A DNA stretch of 64,000 nucleotides, from NCBI GenBank assembly GCA_002869165.1, contig PKTK01000012.1:7275-71274 (forward strand), written 5' to 3'. Under the pieces are notes generated by a model. The model made no database searches. It had not been told where the DNA came from and was given only the letters and a program-made list of their open reading frames with translations. The stretch comes from Candidatus Parcubacteria bacterium (GTDB taxonomy: Bacteria > Patescibacteriota > Patescibacteriia > Patescibacteriales > UBA12075). Position numbers and translations under genes: made by a program. Each line of letters begins with the position of its first letter. Position 1 is the first letter of the stretch. This document shows, one piece after another, positions 62,853 to 64,000 of the stretch.

Positions 62853-63521
62853 TTGTAGCCAAGAATCTCCACTTAAATCATCTAAATTTACAGCATCTTT
62901 AATATCAAAATCCCCGATCCTCGTTCTTCTTAAATTCTGGCAATACGCTCCTGTCTCTAGTTTCTCGCCAATATCATTTACTAATGAACGGATATACGTT
63001 CCACTTGATACATGTGTTCTTATTTTCAGACTAGGATAGTTATAATCTAATATCTCAATATCAAATATCTCAATCTCTCGTGGCTTGCGCTCAATCTCAA
63101 TCCCTTTGCGAGCAAGATTGTACAATTTCTGACCATTAATCTTGATAGCTGAGTGCATGGGAGGAATCTGTTCTTGTTTTCCTTTAAATGTTTTGACTAT
63201 AGTTTCAACCTCGTCTTCACTTGGGATGTTGTCGTTGACCTTTTTTATCTCCCCTTCTGGATCCATGGTGCTAGACACTTCACCAAGTTTAAGCTCGGCT
63301 TCATAGACTTTGTTTTGTTTAACAAACTTGTCAATCTCTCTGGTGGCTTCTCGGCCAATAGCCACTATCAAAAGACCGGTCGCAAAAGGATCCAAAGTCC
63401 CAGCATGACCGATCTTCTTGATCCCAGTAATTTTTCTGAGTTTGGCAATAACTGAAAAAGAAGTGATACCAGCTGGTTTGTCTATCAGAATATTTCCTGA
63501 TTTATTATTTTCTTTGTTCAT
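62835..63521 (-). CDS. truB: tRNA pseudouridine(55) synthase
   Basis: DKPAGITSF...GHAGTLDPFATGLL catalytic Asp motif. Confidence 0.9.
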   Translation of the reverse strand: MNKENNKSGNILIDKPAGITSFSVIAKLRKITGIKKIGHAGTLDPFATGLLIVAIGREATREIDKFVKQNKVYEAELKLGEVSSTMDPEGEIKKVNDNIPSEDEVETIVKTFKGKQEQIPPMHSAIKINGQKLYNLARKGIEIERKPREIEIFDIEILDYNYPSLKIRTHVSSGTYIRSLVNDIGEKLETGAYCQNLRRTRIGDFDIKDAVNLDDLSGDSWLQFVIPG

Positions 63522-63603
63522 GTATAAATAATATCACGTATCACGTATCACGCAACATCATAATTTTTTATTATTAATTATTTCTAAGTCACCATGGGGG
63601 TTT

Positions 63604-63758
63604 GGGGGACGGAGTTCGCGTCATTGCTTACATTACGAGTAATAATCCTTGCGCTAGCGAATCGGAGACCCCCAAAACTTTTGCTTCTTTTAATTATAAA
63701 AGAAGGTTTACAAATTTAACTTAATTTCTGGATTCCTGCATTAGCAGGAATAACAAAA
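63604..63758. repeat. composite intergenic repeat, copy 2
   Basis: Collinear with 8206-8374. Confidence 0.7.
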
Positions 63759-63797
63759 TATTAAAAAACGGAGCAAGGTTAATCGCTCCGTAAATAT

Positions 63798-64000
63798 TTA
63801 TTTTTTTTCAAACAATTCAATAGCTTCTTCAACTGTATGTTTTTTTTGTAAATTATTAATTATTATTACCTTGCCTGTTTTTACTGCAACCATTAATCCC
63901 AAATGATGTATATCTGGAATTTTTGTTTCAAGCGTAACTTTTCCTTCTGGAATTCCTAGCTGATTTGCAGCAGTTTCAACAACTGCGTCATAAATACTCA
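63798..64000 (-). CDS. 3' end of a gene truncated by the window edge, unknown product
   Basis: The open frame reads ...SIYDAVVETAANQLGIPEGKVTLETKIPDIHHLGLMVAVKTGKVIIINNLQKKHTVEEAIELFEKK*. Confidence 0.5.
   Translation of the reverse strand, partial: SIYDAVVETAANQLGIPEGKVTLETKIPDIHHLGLMVAVKTGKVIIINNLQKKHTVEEAIELFEKK

Noticed and set aside
1-64000. CRISPR array
   Set aside because: No regularly spaced direct repeats were found. The recurrent motifs are palindromic elements at irregular intergenic positions, and no cas genes are present.
1-64000. Alternative genetic code (UGA or UAA reassignment) as the explanation for the in-frame stops
   Set aside because: FtsH, RecA, NusA, PpsA, ComM-like, Tig and the others are full-length under code 11, and most genes terminate at TAA. 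Only three non-conserved genes carry one internal TAA each, so recent nonsense mutation or polymorphism is more parsimonious.

Overview
This is a 64-kb, strongly A+T-rich bacterial chromosome segment, read under the standard bacterial code. The conserved genes are rpsP-KH-trmD, ftsH, ychF, rpsF-ssb-rpsR, efp, recA, a ComM/YifB-like ATPase, smpB-ssrA, tig, ppaC, nusA, ppsA and truB. These genes, many small secreted or membrane proteins and a tandem family of TrbC/VirB2-like pilin genes fit a small-genome Patescibacteria (CPR)-type organism; that placement is an inference. Main accessory content: (1) An 8.66-kb integrase/excisionase island sits in the 3' end of the tmRNA gene, flanked by 23-bp direct repeats at 33216-33238 and 41857-41879. 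It carries an unknown-function module, a DUF4238 gene and a G+C-richer cargo operon with an orphan trpF. (2) Three cargo-less 180-187-bp mini-insertions each re-duplicate the T-loop-to-3'-end segment of an RNA gene (tRNA-Leu, tRNA-Gly, tmRNA). They share a G-rich box (TTGAGGGGGTG in two of them, diverged to GTGATGGTGTG at tRNA-Gly) and a 5-bp/4-nt hairpin. This is my best candidate for something undescribed: attP-sized, trans-mobilised integrative elements. (3) Nine tandem pilin paralogues (one interrupted) plus a tenth copy elsewhere. (4) Three otherwise intact secreted or membrane-protein genes are each interrupted by a single in-frame TAA. (5) Several intergenic repeat families: TGTCATTCC...GGAATGACA palindromes, a ~160-bp composite repeat, very long hairpins and zero-spacer perfect palindromes. 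I saw no rRNA, CRISPR array, reverse transcriptase or transposase. All family calls come from motif recognition by eye. No searches, folding or statistics were run, and composition statements are by-eye impressions.
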